A DNA stretch of 64,000 bases from Octopus vulgaris (Eukaryota): contig OX597820.1 in the NCBI GenBank assembly GCA_951406725.2, positions 84,816,001 to 84,880,000 on the forward strand, given 5' to 3'. Positions 13,763 to 27,522 of this stretch are shown in pieces. A program made the position numbers and the translations under genes. Below the pieces are notes generated by a model. The model worked only from the letters and a program-made list of their open reading frames with translations, did no database searches and was not told where the DNA came from. Within the stretch, counting starts at the first letter, position 1; the number at the start of each line of letters is the position of its first letter.

Positions 13763-14528
13763 ATTTATAAATGAGGGTGAAAAATTGATATTAGTTTAAT
13801 AATACCATTAATTTAACACCGAGTGGCTTAGCACAAAAAACTACGGAGAAAATACAAATTTATACATAAATTATTAGAGAGTTACCACTATGTGGATAAT
13901 TCTAGTGCTAAAAATAGCTCCGGTAGTATGGCCACAGAAAAAGATGTTTCCAATTAGAAATAACATACATTTAATGGAGCTATTTTTAGCACTAGAATTA
14001 TCCACATAGTAGTAACTCTCTAATAATTTATGTATAAATTTGTATTTTCTCCGTAGTTTTTTGTGCTAAGCCACTCGGTGTTAAATTAATGGTATTATTA
14101 AACTAATATCAATTTTTCACCCTCATTTATAAATTTATAAATTTAATTATGCGGCAGTAAATATTTTACTTGATGCAGCATATGTTTCCAAAGAGTCTTA
14201 GCATGCTTTTGGCGGGCAATTTGAAGCATAACTAAAAATGCAATTGATTAAACCGCACGTGTTTTTGACGCTCGTGTTGGTCTGATAAATTGTATTGAAG
14301 ACAAACCTCTGGTGATGATTTATAGATGTTTATGTAAGTAAAATTACATATTACATTAGTAATGAAACAAGTTGTTCAGGGTCAATCTATTTATTCGTTA
14401 TATTTCACTTTCCTTCCGTTAACTGTATGTTATTTCTAATTGGAAACATCTTTTTCTGTGGCCATACTCTCGGAGCTATTTTTAGGACTAGAATTATCCA
14501 CATAGTGGTAACTCTCTAATAATTTATA
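13763..14528. repeat. 159-bp near-perfect inverted repeat plus a third partial copy (Penelope-type inverted + tandem architecture)
   Basis: 13763-13921 vs 13976-14134 reverse complement, 1 mismatch seen; 14424-14528 is the reverse complement of ~13865-13969; (TA)n on both flanks. Confidence 0.9.
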
Positions 14529-14537
14529 TATATATAC

Positions 14538-14623
<86 letters not shown>

Positions 14624-14626
<3 letters not shown>

Positions 14627-14740
14627 CGTTGGAGTGGGTGTGTGGTTAGTAGATTGGTTACGAACCAGATGGATCCGGGCACCTTTTGTCTTCTACTATA
14701 TCCTCGGGCCGACCAAAGCCTTGTGAGAGGTCCGTCGTAT
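14624..14740 (+). mobile_element. SINE family 1, internally deleted 5' part
   Basis: ggagtgggtgtgtggtt..tgtcttctactatatcctcgggccgaccaaagccttgtgag. Confidence 0.7.
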
Positions 14741-14943
14741 ATATGCATATAGATATGTATGTATGTGTGTGTGTGTATTATTGTTAAAGGTGCTAAAACT
14801 TTATAGAAATATAACAAAACCTGTTACTTAGAGTTTCACTTTCTCATTCATAGGGCAGTTGTGATCCAGAATAAAAAAAACATATTACTCTACATCCGGT
14901 ATTCGAGTACTATTCTTTCCACTTTGTTTCACATTTATGCATG

Positions 14944-14982
<39 letters not shown>

Positions 14983-15949
14983 CTGTGTGTGTTTGTGCGT
15001 GTATGTGTGTGTATGTGTTTGCGTGCGTATATATATATATATATATAATATATTTATATGTATATACATAAATACATTCTTATATATATATTAATAAATA
15101 TGTATCATTTTGTGTTTTGTATATTATAGATTATGTATGTATTCGTGATTATATATAAGTAAATGAATCGAGCGGGAAGGTAGAAAGGGAAGGGAAGTAA
15201 GACTACTTGCATCTCTGCTAAATTTTATATATACATCTCTGCATATATTTTAAAACACGCCTCAAGCAGCCACTAATATTTGTACGCAAATTGCTACGTA
15301 TTGAAGTTTGCCCACACATCTTACACATATGATATTCGGCTATGAGAAATTGTGTTTCAATATTTCTTATATTTAGCCCACATCAATAAAAGTATATAGC
15401 ATATCACTGTGTCATTCTTTACGTCTCTGTAATTCTCATTTTATGTTGTTACGAAATTATTAGTTAAACACGCATTTGATATGCATATACACACTGGTAT
15501 TTATATTTAAGCACATCAATTTATGACTTAGACCATCTATTAACACACTAATTTGGGCTTTATGACACTATTTCCTTTACCTTCACAGTGTATCTTTATT
15601 ACGTGCCGTATGATATGGAATTTACTTTTATCGCATTATTGTATACAATATTATATTTAATTAACACATAATATATACACTATTCTTTATATTAATACTA
15701 TTTGATCGGTTGCCACTTCTTAATCACCGACAAATGGAAAGTTTGGGATGGCTTTGTCATTTGTGTTCAGGACATGTTCGTGTCTACACTTTTTCTTTTG
15801 AATTTTTTAAATTTTTGCTGGCTCACTTACACTCGCCCTCCTCTCTAATTGGTGTTGCCAAGTCAGAAAGATCTGACTCGAACGGGAGGCTGTCCTTGTA
15901 GGAGGATATCTGTTTTTGTGCATTGAGGAGGGACAGAGGGAGATGGAGA

Positions 15950-16520
15950 AGGGAAATGTGGATTAGATTTCAGTTTCCCTGGTCTGTAGCTTTGGCTCCG
16001 GAATATTGTTATTGATGTGGTGGAAGTTCTTACCCCTTCTTCTCCTCGTGATCGTATGTTGTGGATCTTATTTTGTTTTACTCTTACTACTATTTATTTT
16101 CTTGCCGCGGTTTTTGCGCCTTGTTGTTGCTCTTACAGAGGTCGTGTCTACAGCAGTAGAGCCTTCCTTTCCAATTTCAGGTGTTGGCTGTGTGGGCAGA
16201 CTTTTCGGAGATACTCCACCCTTCCACAGAAGTCAAATCTCGGTTGTCTACCCCACATGATAGCTCATATTTCTGCTACTCTCTGCAAAGAGATAATCTG
16301 CGATCCAGTGTGAACCCAGTATAGTTATCTCATCTTGTAATTTTAACATCGAGGAGAGTATGACTTTCTCCAAGAAATGTACTTGAGAGAATCCACTAGA
16401 AATTTAATTTTAGTGGGAATGCGATAGAGTTATTTCCATTATCCTTCATAGGAAAGAAAATAAAATCCTCGCAACTGCAACGGCTTCAGTCTGAATGAAA
16501 CACCTAAAACCCACTCAACT
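15950..16520 (-). mobile_element. Possible non-LTR ORF1 (gag-like) remnant
   Basis: Minus strand IMWGRQPRFDFCGRVEYLRKVCP resembles a degenerate CCHC knuckle (GRxPxCxxCGxxGHxxxxCP). Confidence 0.3.
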
Positions 16521-17475
16521 GCGTTACACTAGATATATTGTTAATATCTTGCAATAATTGAAGACCTCTTTATTTATTTATTTATTTATTTATTCATTTA
16601 TTTATTTATTTGACAGACAGCAATTGTCGAGGCTAAAATCTAACTGATCAGAAGATAGCAATTTTACTAACCGGTGCAGCTAGAGTTTCAGGCAACTCGG
16701 GAAAATAAACTGTGCCTAGCTGACAAATTTTACTAAATCTAGATTCATCTGCCATCAATGAGGGCTTGTCCTCTAAGGAGAGAGTACAATTTCTGTTACG
16801 GCAACTGCGCCCGTCAAAGAAGTCTTACTGGTGTTATTGTTGACTTTGCTGCTTGTAAGACATTTCTACTGTTGATGCTGCTCGACCCACCGCTGCTGTC
16901 ATGTCACTAAATGCCCCATTCTTGCACACTCCCTTTAAATTTGAACTACTATCAATGTAGCGTTCTTTTTTCTTGCCATGTTTACACTGATGAATTCATC
17001 AACATTTATACTGATGATGATGTCTTTGTTGTTCTCAGGTCCCTGCTCTGAGAAGAAGGTGGTTGTGGCATGACGATGTCACTGAAGCGGTTTCTGAGCT
17101 GTTATGCTACCAGATTACTTAGAACTTAAAATTAAAGGACGAGAGTGAAATACTTTTACCACTATTGCACCCCTAGGCAGCAATTAGGTGGTTTCCCTCG
17201 GCACCAAATTGAAACAGGCGTTCTTAATTAACTATGATGATTTAAAGTAGAAAATACGAAGGTCAGTAGACGTAATACCAAATGTAATTCGTCTGCATGG
17301 AAGTGTCAGCACTCAACTACTTACACGGCTGAAAAACATCTGTGCTACTGTGAAGGTAGTACACCTTCAAATATCAACATTGCTTGAAACTGCAAGAATT
17401 ATTCGCAGGTTTCTTGCAGTATGATCAGTAAACATGTGACACCTTAGTCTGCTGGCTGTGAATTTTCATATAGCA

Positions 17476-17551
17476 ATGATGATAATGATGATGATGATGA
17501 TGATGATGAGGATGATGGTGGTGGTGGTGGTGGTGGTGGTGGTGGTGGTGG

Positions 17552-17594
<43 letters not shown>

Positions 17595-17600
17595 AATAAT
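17476..17600. repeat. Compound (GAT)n(GGT)n(GAT)n microsatellite
   Basis: Seen directly. Confidence 0.95.
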
Positions 17601-17619
17601 CTATGTAGCAGTGAGAACA

Positions 17620-18150
17620 GACTGTTTCATTTGGCGTTATTCTTACCCTTTACTGAAATGCAACAAAGTTGTCTTCAATAGAAACTTTAAGTGGAGATAT
17701 ATTAACCGTAAGACGACTTAAATAGACAGGATCAGCAAGAGTTCATTTGCCAGGGTTTAAACCAGGATACTCGTAGCCACCTACCACTGGAAGGGAACTA
17801 TTGTATGATATCATTATGGGGTTTTTCAACACCTTTATGAATCATGTCGACGAGATCTCTCAGTTTACTGAGTATTCTGTGAGTTGATCCTTCAAGTTCT
17901 TTTATTCATCGCAAGTTATGCAATCATCTCTGAATCAGTCAGTCATCAACATCATACTAAATACCATAAAACCACTGATATTCCATAAATGAATAGCAGT
18001 GATTAATTTTGCACAACACGTCGATGTATTTATGGATAATTTCGACGACACTATGATAGCAGGTCCCAATATATCACCTTGAGATACGTAGATCCAGATC
18101 AGATGCGTGACATGATCCAATGCAATCTACGTTAAAAGCGTATCTACGAT
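17620..18150 (-). mobile_element. Highly degraded RTE-like reverse transcriptase remnant
   Basis: Minus strand YVSQGDILGP (cf. GVLQGDxLAP), D*FRDD (cf. DFADD) and VVGGYEYPG (cf. VxDFKYLG), in the expected order. Confidence 0.4.
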
Positions 18151-18450
18151 TCTCCCTTGCTGCTTTCTCTCCCTTTCTATTATAGTATTTACAACAAAGA
18201 ATTGGCATGAATGCTACAACTACTACATACAACGACAGTATAAATTACCGCCTCTTGCGACTGTAATTTCAGATACTGTCAAAATATCCATATGGAAATA
18301 TATGTATCTCTAACGAATATGTTTATAAATACGATTTATAGAATATAGGGCTCACAGTAGAATACCTTAATACGTTCAGAAAGAGAAGTGTCAATAACTT
18401 TATATATCTGTCTAAATGTAGCTAGTTTTTCAGAGACAGCATTATCAAAA

Positions 18451-19457
18451 ATACTAGCATTATGACCCGTCGTTGCCGGGTCATAGTGCTAGTGCACGTA
18501 TATATGTGTACATATTACATGTACATCTATATATATATACATCTACACATAAAATACAAAATACATAGTTATATCTTGATATCGCTAGTGATAACAATAC
18601 TCAAAATATATAACAGACCGGAATTGCAAGCCCATCTCTTGCAATTTCGATCAATTGTATCTTGTCCTCCCTCCTGTATAGAAGTGTGGCTACAATCCAG
18701 CCTACCTCTACTTCTTGGGGGGGGGGGGGCATTTCAAAAATTTCTAAAATATAAAGGTAACAGTAAAATATTTCCACTTTGCAAGTTCGAGTCAAGTACT
18801 CCCTTGCATGCTCCGTTTACTCGAACCTTGCTTCTATTGTGGCGAATTTACCGCCTCTGGTTAAATATCTTTCATAGTCGCACCAATACACTTTTCGATG
18901 GTGCTTTCCTCCAGGTGTTCATATCTTTTTTCTCTACATTGTATACTTTATAGACAATAGACTTTTCTTTAATTTAATTTTTTATTATCCATCTGGACTA
19001 TTCCATTTCTGCACGATAATTTTATTTTCAATTTATTCCCATTCATGTGAAATCACTTGTTCAAGTTCAAGTCATTGATGCAATTTTATACCAATTGCTA
19101 TTTTTACTTTTGTTATGTTACGATTATATTATACTTTAGTTTCATTTTAATTATTACTTACTACATATAATTCAATTGTTATTATTATCTCTAATTTTTA
19201 TTGTTAAAGTGAAAGTATTTGACATAAAATAGAGAAATGTTTTTGTTTCACTTTTAACATGTAATACTGAAATAGTGGAGAAGATATGATATTGCTATAG
19301 GCTCGCCCTAGGCAAGAAGCTAAACATTTTTTTGTCCATGAAACTACATGGACCCTAAGTAAAGCATGTGTAAAATTTGAATGAAATTGGTTGTGTAGTT
19401 CTCAAGTTTTAGGGAAACACACAGACAGACAGCAAGATAGACAGACACACATTCTCA

Positions 19458-19501
<44 letters not shown>

Positions 19502-19508
19502 TATAGAT
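18451..19508 (+). mobile_element. Non-autonomous Helentron-associated (DINE-1/HINE-like) element
   Basis: 5' atactagc..acccg start forming a 17-bp hairpin (18453-18469 / 18477-18493); 3' end aaatttgaatgaaattggttg..acagacagac..tatatatagat, the terminal pattern recalled for these elements. Confidence 0.6.
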
Positions 19509-19877
19509 TACTAGCAATTGGAGTATGTTAGCACATGCAAGGGCATTCATAGAACGTGATATGACATGCAACCTGTCCAGGTTTGAAAAAAATTAGCCAC
19601 AACCGTCATCTTTGTATCAAATGCGAACAAAAAACTATTCCCTGTTCTGCAGGCAAGAGTATTTAGCTCGTAAACATTGGCGTACACTTCTACTCATAAT
19701 AATTTCTAACTACAAACATGTTAGTGGCAGTTGAAAACTCGGATTCCCACTTAGAGGATTCCCACGCTTATATAGCCATTACCACTATCATCGCCTTCCC
19801 CACTATTATCATGAACACTTTAATCAACATCATTATTAACATTATTCGTATAATTATTATTGCTGATAGTTATATGA

Positions 19878-20085
19878 GGTCGGCGAGATGGCAAAAATTT
19901 TAGCGCACCGGACAAAATACATATACGCATTTTACCCGTCTTTACGATCTCAATTCAAATTCCGTTACGGTCGACTTTGCATTTAATCTTTTGTATGTCA
20001 GTAGATGAAGTGCCACTTAAACACTTAACTTGATATAATCAACTCACACCTCCCAGCAAAAGTTTAGTCCTTCTGCTTACAAATG
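19878..20085 (+). mobile_element. SINE family 2, old degraded copy
   Basis: ggcgagatggcaaaaattttagc..caaattccgttacggtcgactttgc. Confidence 0.6.
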
Positions 20086-20516
20086 AACCTAATATTTCCA
20101 AATAATTACCATTATACATATGTATGTAATTCTGTTCCGTTTTATATTCTATACATATATAAAGAATATTTAATTTCTAATATTGCTATTTTCATTATTA
20201 TTAAATATTCTCTAATACTACATCTGATTTAATAAACGAATTATTTGATGTTTTCCGTTTTCTACTATACTTATTATTTTTTTATGAATAATACAACTGT
20301 TTTCATATTATTTTCTTTTATATTATCATTCCCTATTGAATTTTTTTCTTCATTAATTTCATTAATTTGCTTTATTATTTCATGTTAATATTATTCATTC
20401 ATTCAGTTTTCTTATGTTGTTTTTACACTTTAATAAAATAGTTTTATATTTTACCCTCACTACCAATTTTTTTATTCCTTTTGCTTCTTTTTTATAAACA
20501 GTGTGTCAATTACCGA

Positions 20517-20529
20517 TCTTCTTCTTCGT

Positions 20530-20562
<33 letters not shown>

Positions 20563-20663
20563 CTTCTTCTTCTTCTTCTTCTTCTTCTTCTTCTTCTCTT
20601 TATTATTATTATTATCATCATCATCATCATCATCACCATCATCATCATCACCATCATCATCAT
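20517..20663. repeat. Compound (CTT)n(ATT)n(ATC)n microsatellite
   Basis: Seen directly; explains the poly-R/S/H/F ORFs. Confidence 0.95.
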
Positions 20664-20699
20664 ACATGGTGTGCACTAATGTTTTACATTCGGAATCAA

Positions 20700-21990
20700 T
20701 GCCATTGATACTGGGTCACATCCAGTTTCCTTAGATATCGCAGACCTTTCTAAAATTCCTTGCTGTTCCCAATAGAGGAGATTTCTCTATTAATGCAACT
20801 TTCCCAGTTACACCCAGATCTATAAGGAATCTGTTAAAACTGTTAGTGACGGGCACCTATAATAGCTGGGATTATTTTGTACAAATCCGTCATAGTCATC
20901 GTATATCCTTAGCCAAATTCTGCTGTTTTACCGATTTGGTTTTGACCGCTACGTTCATGTCTGCAGATATAGAGTTATCTGTGATGTTGCACTCATCCCC
21001 GCCTTCACTACAACCATAATATCTGGTCACCTGGCATGCATTTCGTGATCAGCTTGTACCTTAAAATACCTTGAAAACCTTATACATGTCATGCACTATT
21101 ATGATGTTTGCACCATTATGATGTTTGCATCATTTTTTTCCAAATTTAAATCCTCTTTGCAATAATATGTCCCTGTGGTGTGCCTTGGTTACACAGTCGT
21201 ATCTTCATGTATATTCTTTATGTGCAGAAATGTCTATAAGGACTTATGTGCATGACGAATTGTTCTCTCACATGCTCTGTCACTAATTTTATCTACGATC
21301 TATCTCTTTTGGTCTTAATGATATTCTTCCGCAATGAATGGCTTTGTGGAATCGTTTTGAGGCCTTCCGTTTCTTCCTGAATGACTCTATTCTTCAGCTA
21401 GCATCAAAACTCCTCTGCTACGATGCAGGTGTTCGTCTGAGATGCAGAATATGCAGCTATTTTCCCCAGATGTGTTCTTCTTCTTCTTCTTCTTCTTCTT
21501 CTTCTTCTTCTTCTTCTTCTTCTTCTTCTTCTTCTTCTTCTACTTCCTCTTCTTCTTCTTCTTCTGTTCCTCCTCCTTTTCCTCCTTCTCCTCCTCCTCT
21601 TTCTTATTGTTCATATCCACCTCCTCCTCCTCCTCCTTTTTCTTCTTCTTCTTCGTCTTCTTCTTTATTCCGTTGCCGTCTCTAGAATTTTTTTCTATAG
21701 AATTTGTTCTCCTCTCCCTGAAACCTCTAATATTATGTTAGATGCTTTTAACGTGCTCTCTCTCCACAGGTGAAATCAATCCTCTACCCATTCTTCTGTG
21801 GTAAATATAGCATATTGACACAGCCTCTGGGACGTAGCGACGTCTGCATGGACATTATCTTTCTGGTTTCATATTCTATGTTTCTTAGTTCTTACACAAT
21901 TCAGTTAAGAGAGCAGCAGAATATCGTATAAGAGAGACCATCCATGTGTTTACTGCAGATATGCTTTTCTCTCCCTCCACTTTTGAGCTT
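20700..21990 (-). mobile_element. R4/Dong-clade (restriction-like endonuclease) LINE, degraded 3' portion
   Basis: Minus strand VNTWMVSLIRYSAA, RKIMSM, GRGLIS, WGK*LH and C-terminal LLGTARNF; internal (TTC)n expansion; (ATT/ATC)n on both flanks. Confidence 0.7.
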
Positions 21991-23941
21991 AGTACCTCTT
22001 CTCAGATACTAATTGAGATAATAATTTATCTATTTATTATCATTATCATTGCTGTTGTTGTTGTTGTTGTTATTATCATTATTATGCTAGTGTTTCCGCT
22101 CACATTTTATTGTAAAGTTAACAAGTTTACTCTCTGTTTATATAACTTTGTTGAATTTTGCCTGTTCCGGGTGGAATTAGATATTCGTGCTCTACCATTT
22201 ACCGTTGTATTAAAAACAAAATGGCAATAACGGAACCGTCGTAATTTTCGGCAAAATGTCAGGAAGTAATATCAATGCTTGGCAGAATTATTTGTCGCTA
22301 CTTCCTACCACTACAACAAATCACCACCTTCCCCGGCCGGATAACAGCACGAATTCCGAACGAAAATATCAACACAATAACAGCAATAAGCACAACGGTA
22401 TCAAAATCACATAATGCAAATGAAAAGGACATTTTCAGCGACAATAACAGTAAAAGAAACTTGGTAACTTACAACAGAAGAATTATTGCCATCAAAACAA
22501 AATCGAAAATATAACAAATTGCAAACCTAGTGAAGGTGGTTTAGCCGACGCCAGATACAGCAAGAAATTAACTCATCACCACTAGAATTAAAAACGTTTA
22601 TTATGTGGTCTTTATGATATGCAGCGGTAAACATACTGGCATCCGTTCGTCAATAAATTAACCCCAAAAAACTGTTGTACACAATTGTTTAATGACAAAA
22701 ATTTGATAAAGAAAAGAAGCGATGCATCAGTAAAAAGAACATTCTCAGATACTCCGAGGTGCCCCCAAAATTGCGAGAAGCAAAAGCTACAGCACAGTAG
22801 AGTTAGGAAACCCGACAGAATTAGGACAGGAATTACTTGATAATGATCACAGGCGTGAATAACTGCTCTCATACCAATCGAACTTAGCCATAGCTTAGTT
22901 AAAGTATTGTCGAACTGCCACCAGAGATAAACAAATACTGGTTTGTTGGCAATTCTACATTTCATTGTAGATGATAAAACCAAAACTAATGTTCTGCTAA
23001 TACAGAGGTTGCACACATAAAAGCGCCTGCAACAAGGATGGAGTTATAAATCTAAATGGATCACTGGTCTATGGAATCCATTCCAAATTCAATTACTCTA
23101 ACAAACGCCACAGTCTTATACGTGGCCTTAAGGGTAGAGAGACAACTTTTCAAAGGGTCATCAGTCAAATTATTACTGGAAAATTTCCATGAAGGTTTAT
23201 ATGTGTGTGTAAGTGTTCGCGTGTATATATGCACGTATGTATGTACGTGTGTGCATAAATGATTCTTGTACCTATGGTGGAGTAATGAGATCTAGGATCA
23301 ATAATAGTGTTGAATAGAAATATAAAATATTGAAGAAATAGCAAAAATGTAAGGATATCAATTTGTATACGACACAGCGACGAAGTTTGAAATTTGTGCT
23401 TAATAAAGTTAAGAACTTGAAATGCATCATGTATCGACTCTTGTTTGGGATTGTTTTAAAGTAGGTCTACCGCTCCTTGCCACATAAGAGGAATGTTCTC
23501 CCGTTCTTCTGCGACTTTGCTGGCTAATAGCTATGAGTCCTACACAATTGTAAAAAGAAATCTTGCAGGGAAAATCATCAATACACGGGAATCCGCACCC
23601 CGTGCAACCAAAATTCTTTTCCTGCGCTTCCACAACATTTGTATGTAATTTTCAACGGTACTCTTCTATTGACGAGAGTCACTCTAGGCCGTTAAGGTAG
23701 GCATTGTTACACAGGTGAATTTCCAGGAAAGGAAGAGAGTAACGGGGCCAAAACAGAAATATGATTAATCTTTTCTTATGCCATTGGCACTCACTTCTAA
23801 ACGTATATATCTATAAACAGACACACACATGCACACACTCTGACACACGCATTCATGTATATGTTTATCTATATACGTGTGACAGAGTGCTTATGTATGT
23901 GACTGTGTGCATACACACATAAATATTTATCTAGAAAGGAA

Positions 23942-24027
<86 letters not shown>

Positions 24028-24087
24028 AGAGATAGATTGTGTGTGTGAGACAGTGAGAAAAAGAGCGAAAGAGAGAGAAACAAATAA

Positions 24088-24855
24088 TTTTAAATCTTTG
24101 AGCGAGGAATATGTAGTAATAGTACGGAACAATAAAGTCTATTCGCCAACACAATGTTGCTGTCCTACATAGAACTATATTACTACATTTTAACCCTAGG
24201 AAAACATCTTTTCCAGCTGGCTACCGACACATGGTATGTGTCCTATACTGTGAGCAAGGTAGTTTACTTCTATCTTTCTAACCTTAGCGACAGCTGCAAA
24301 CCAATGGTTCCCGGGTTATTTCCCTTCTTTATTACAGGATACTCACTGGTCAGAGATGACAGTCGCTTGACCTTACTCACAGTATATACTTTTAAAACGA
24401 TACACAGTCGTTAATCTCGTGAAGAGAAATACAATTAGTTTAAAATCTCTGAACGAGAAATATGAGAGTAACAGTACGGAAACGTAGAGTCTATTTGCCA
24501 ACACAATGTGGCAGTCCTACACAGGACGATGTTACTAATTTTTAGCCCCAGGGAAGCATCTTTCACAGGTGGCTACCGACTACTTTTCTCTTCACGAGAT
24601 CATTGACGACTGTGTATGTCTTTAAAAGTATTTACTGTGAGAAAGTCGAGTGGCTGCCATCTCTAGCCAGCAATTGTCCTGTACCGAGCAAGATAAAATA
24701 ACCCAGAAACCATTTGTCTACACGTATCACTGAGGCTAGAATTGCAGCTATAAACTCCCTTGCTCACATATACAGACACAGATCTGTATATGTCGAAAGC
24801 CAGCTGGTTAAAAATGTTTTCCTGGGGCTAAAATGTAGTAACATCGTCGTGTGTA
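24088..24855. repeat. Diverged tandem + inverted repeat element (Penelope-type architecture)
   Basis: 24088-24228 is repeated at ~24439-24580 (both end ggctaccgac); 24585-24855 is the reverse complement of ~24160-24429. Confidence 0.8.
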
Positions 24856-26969
24856 ATATATAGCAACTCTACTCTTTATTTAAAGTTATTGATACAAATA
24901 AATAAATGTGTGTGTGTATGTGTGTGTGTGTATTTATGTGCGTGGGTGAATGTTTCTAATTCCGTTTAAGTTATGTTATATTCTTCTCACCAATAAACGC
25001 CGAAGGAATGATTCTGTTCTTCCTCTCTTTAAAATTCTTTCTGTAGAAACTGTATTTTCTGTCGACCCGACATTATATCATACCATGAAATATTCATGCA
25101 ATTTACTGTTTCAACATGGTGTAATGTAATCTACGACAAATACTCTGATTTGGTTTCGTTCCCATACGAAAATAATGAGTTTCACAACGTGATTAATTTG
25201 CCGTGCTTAACATAGCCTTTTGTCTTCGCAATGAAGTACATTTGCTATCGTCCATTGTTTCAGCGGTCGTTTTGATAGCCACTAGCTAATAACCCAAACT
25301 TCAAATGATATATTATTGTTAGATAATTTGGCATTTTGACAAGAGAGTCATTATATATAATCTGTTCGTTTTAACCAATTCTTCGACTCGAATCATTGCA
25401 AGGAACATAGTTGACCTTTATGTAGTGTAAGGCATTAATAAAACAAATCATTTTAATAATATCCTGGTTAGTTATATGTAATTGCATTATTTTCTTTTCT
25501 GCAGCATTTATTATCTCTCTTTAGTTTACAATGATTTGATTTTCTTTTTAAATTTCTTCCTTTGCGTATTAATAATACAGCGAAAACATCAATCAATTAA
25601 CGAACCAATAAATTATTAACACAGCGAATCAATATATAATTACAACGAATCGTATTCCTACCGAATTTTAATGCATTTACTTGTTTATTTGCTTTAAACA
25701 GGCATACATATCCCTTAAAAGTTTATCTCATTTGATCTTACAACAGTGTAATTCTTATCCAAAAAAAACAGTGTGCATTTGAGTTTAGAATCAGTCGTAA
25801 TAGCAATGCAAGCCCAAATAAATATGCATGTATTCTTATCACTATTTCTTCCTGTGTGGCTATTTGAATTATTGCATAAATTTAAAACTTGTAAATGCTT
25901 GAGCACGTATTAGTAGCAAATTGTTCATATATCTTTACAATAATATCTCTCGTAATGAAAACACATTTCCTTTTAATATTGCAAAGCTCTACTAACTAGT
26001 TTGCCAAGGTTTCAGTTAGATGTTATTACTCAAGCAACATCTGCTATGATTGTTCTATAATTGTAAATTTGATAATTATATATTAGTTTAAATAAAAGTT
26101 GCTTGATGAGGAAGGTATGTAGGCGAAGTAAAAAGCTCTTGATCGTTTAGATGACGTGTCAGATGTTTGTGTGCGCGCGCGTTTATGCGTGTATATGTGC
26201 TTTGTGTATGCATGTGGTGTATGTATATGTGTGTGATTGTGTGGGTGTATGGATATACATTATTTCATTATATTTGCCAAAAAGGCAGTACATATAGTGT
26301 AGCTTTGCGGGCTCCACAAGAACATTAATGAAGTAAATGATAATGAAACGAAGATGATAATGATGGGAGAAGACAAAAGCGGCCGCCGACATTTGCTTCT
26401 CTAAAACATTGCTCTTCAGAAAAATACAAAATGAGGCATTAAACATCTTACAATAGTTTTTACAATTTAAAATACATAGTTGAATCAATAAACCTCTTGC
26501 AATAGTTTTTACAATTTAAAACACATAATTGAGGCAATTAACTTCCTTCCTCCCCGACCAGGCTATACACTTCCCTTAGGCAATGATCTGGCTCCAAGTC
26601 GGGGACACAGAAGACGTATCTATGCATGTCTTTCGAGAAGGTGTCTATCACCCTGAGCATATTCCCATCCGATATGACCTTCATAGTCACCTGCGAAGGC
26701 CAATCTTCGTCCTCTGTCCAGGGCATGGTCTCCTCCCACTGGTCATTTGTGTTGCCCCTCCCTTCTAGAAGAAGATGACAAAATCATATCTCCTGGAAAG
26801 GACCTCAGTTTCCTCTGCCACCGACAAAGTTTGTGTGCGCATATACATATATACGTATAAATGCTGCTGTGGCTATATTTATATTTTATTTTATGTATCT
26901 TATCTACATTATTAGTAGTAGTATAAATTCTCTTCTTTCAAACCTTATATTATTATTACCATTCCCATT

Positions 26970-27123
26970 AAGGCATCAAGCCGTCAGAAACGTTAATACA
27001 TCAGACAAAATGGTTGCTAGTATTTCTTGTTTCTTTATGTTCTGGGTTCAAATTTCGCCGTGGTTAACTTTTCATCTTTTAGCGAACACTGGGGTCGATA
27101 TAATTGATTAGTACCATCACCCA

Positions 27124-27161
<38 letters not shown>

Positions 27162-27522
27162 TTGGTGTTGGCGGTGGTCATAAAGGTTTCAGATTTCGAA
27201 AGAATTCCAGAAATTATATTTGGTGCGGAGTAGTCGAATTATATCGAACTCAGCACGTGACCGGTACTTTATTTTAACGAGTCTGTAAGTATGAATGGCA
27301 TAACAACAAGAGCAACAATAATAGTTTCAAATTTTTGCCACTGGGGCAGCAATTTCTGGGGAGCTGATGTGACGATTACATCGACCCCAATAATTATTTT
27401 ATCGAACCCGAATGGATGATAGGTAAATTCGACCTCGGCAGAATTTAAACTTAGAACGTAGCAGCGGGCGAAATGCCGCAAAGCATTTTGTCAAGCGCGT
27501 TAACGATTCTGCCAACTCGCCT
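26970..27522. mobile_element. Cluster of SINE family 2 fragments (one +, two -) around (AGT)n
   Basis: ggttcaaatttcgccgtgg..cactggggtcgat (+, 27045-27100); catcgacccc..aattcgacctcggcagaattt..aactcgcc (-, 27380-27522). Confidence 0.65.

Noticed and set aside
22600-23200. GC-richer block with a 134-aa minus ORF
   Set aside because: No recognisable domain; possibly a very old RT remnant but not supportable.
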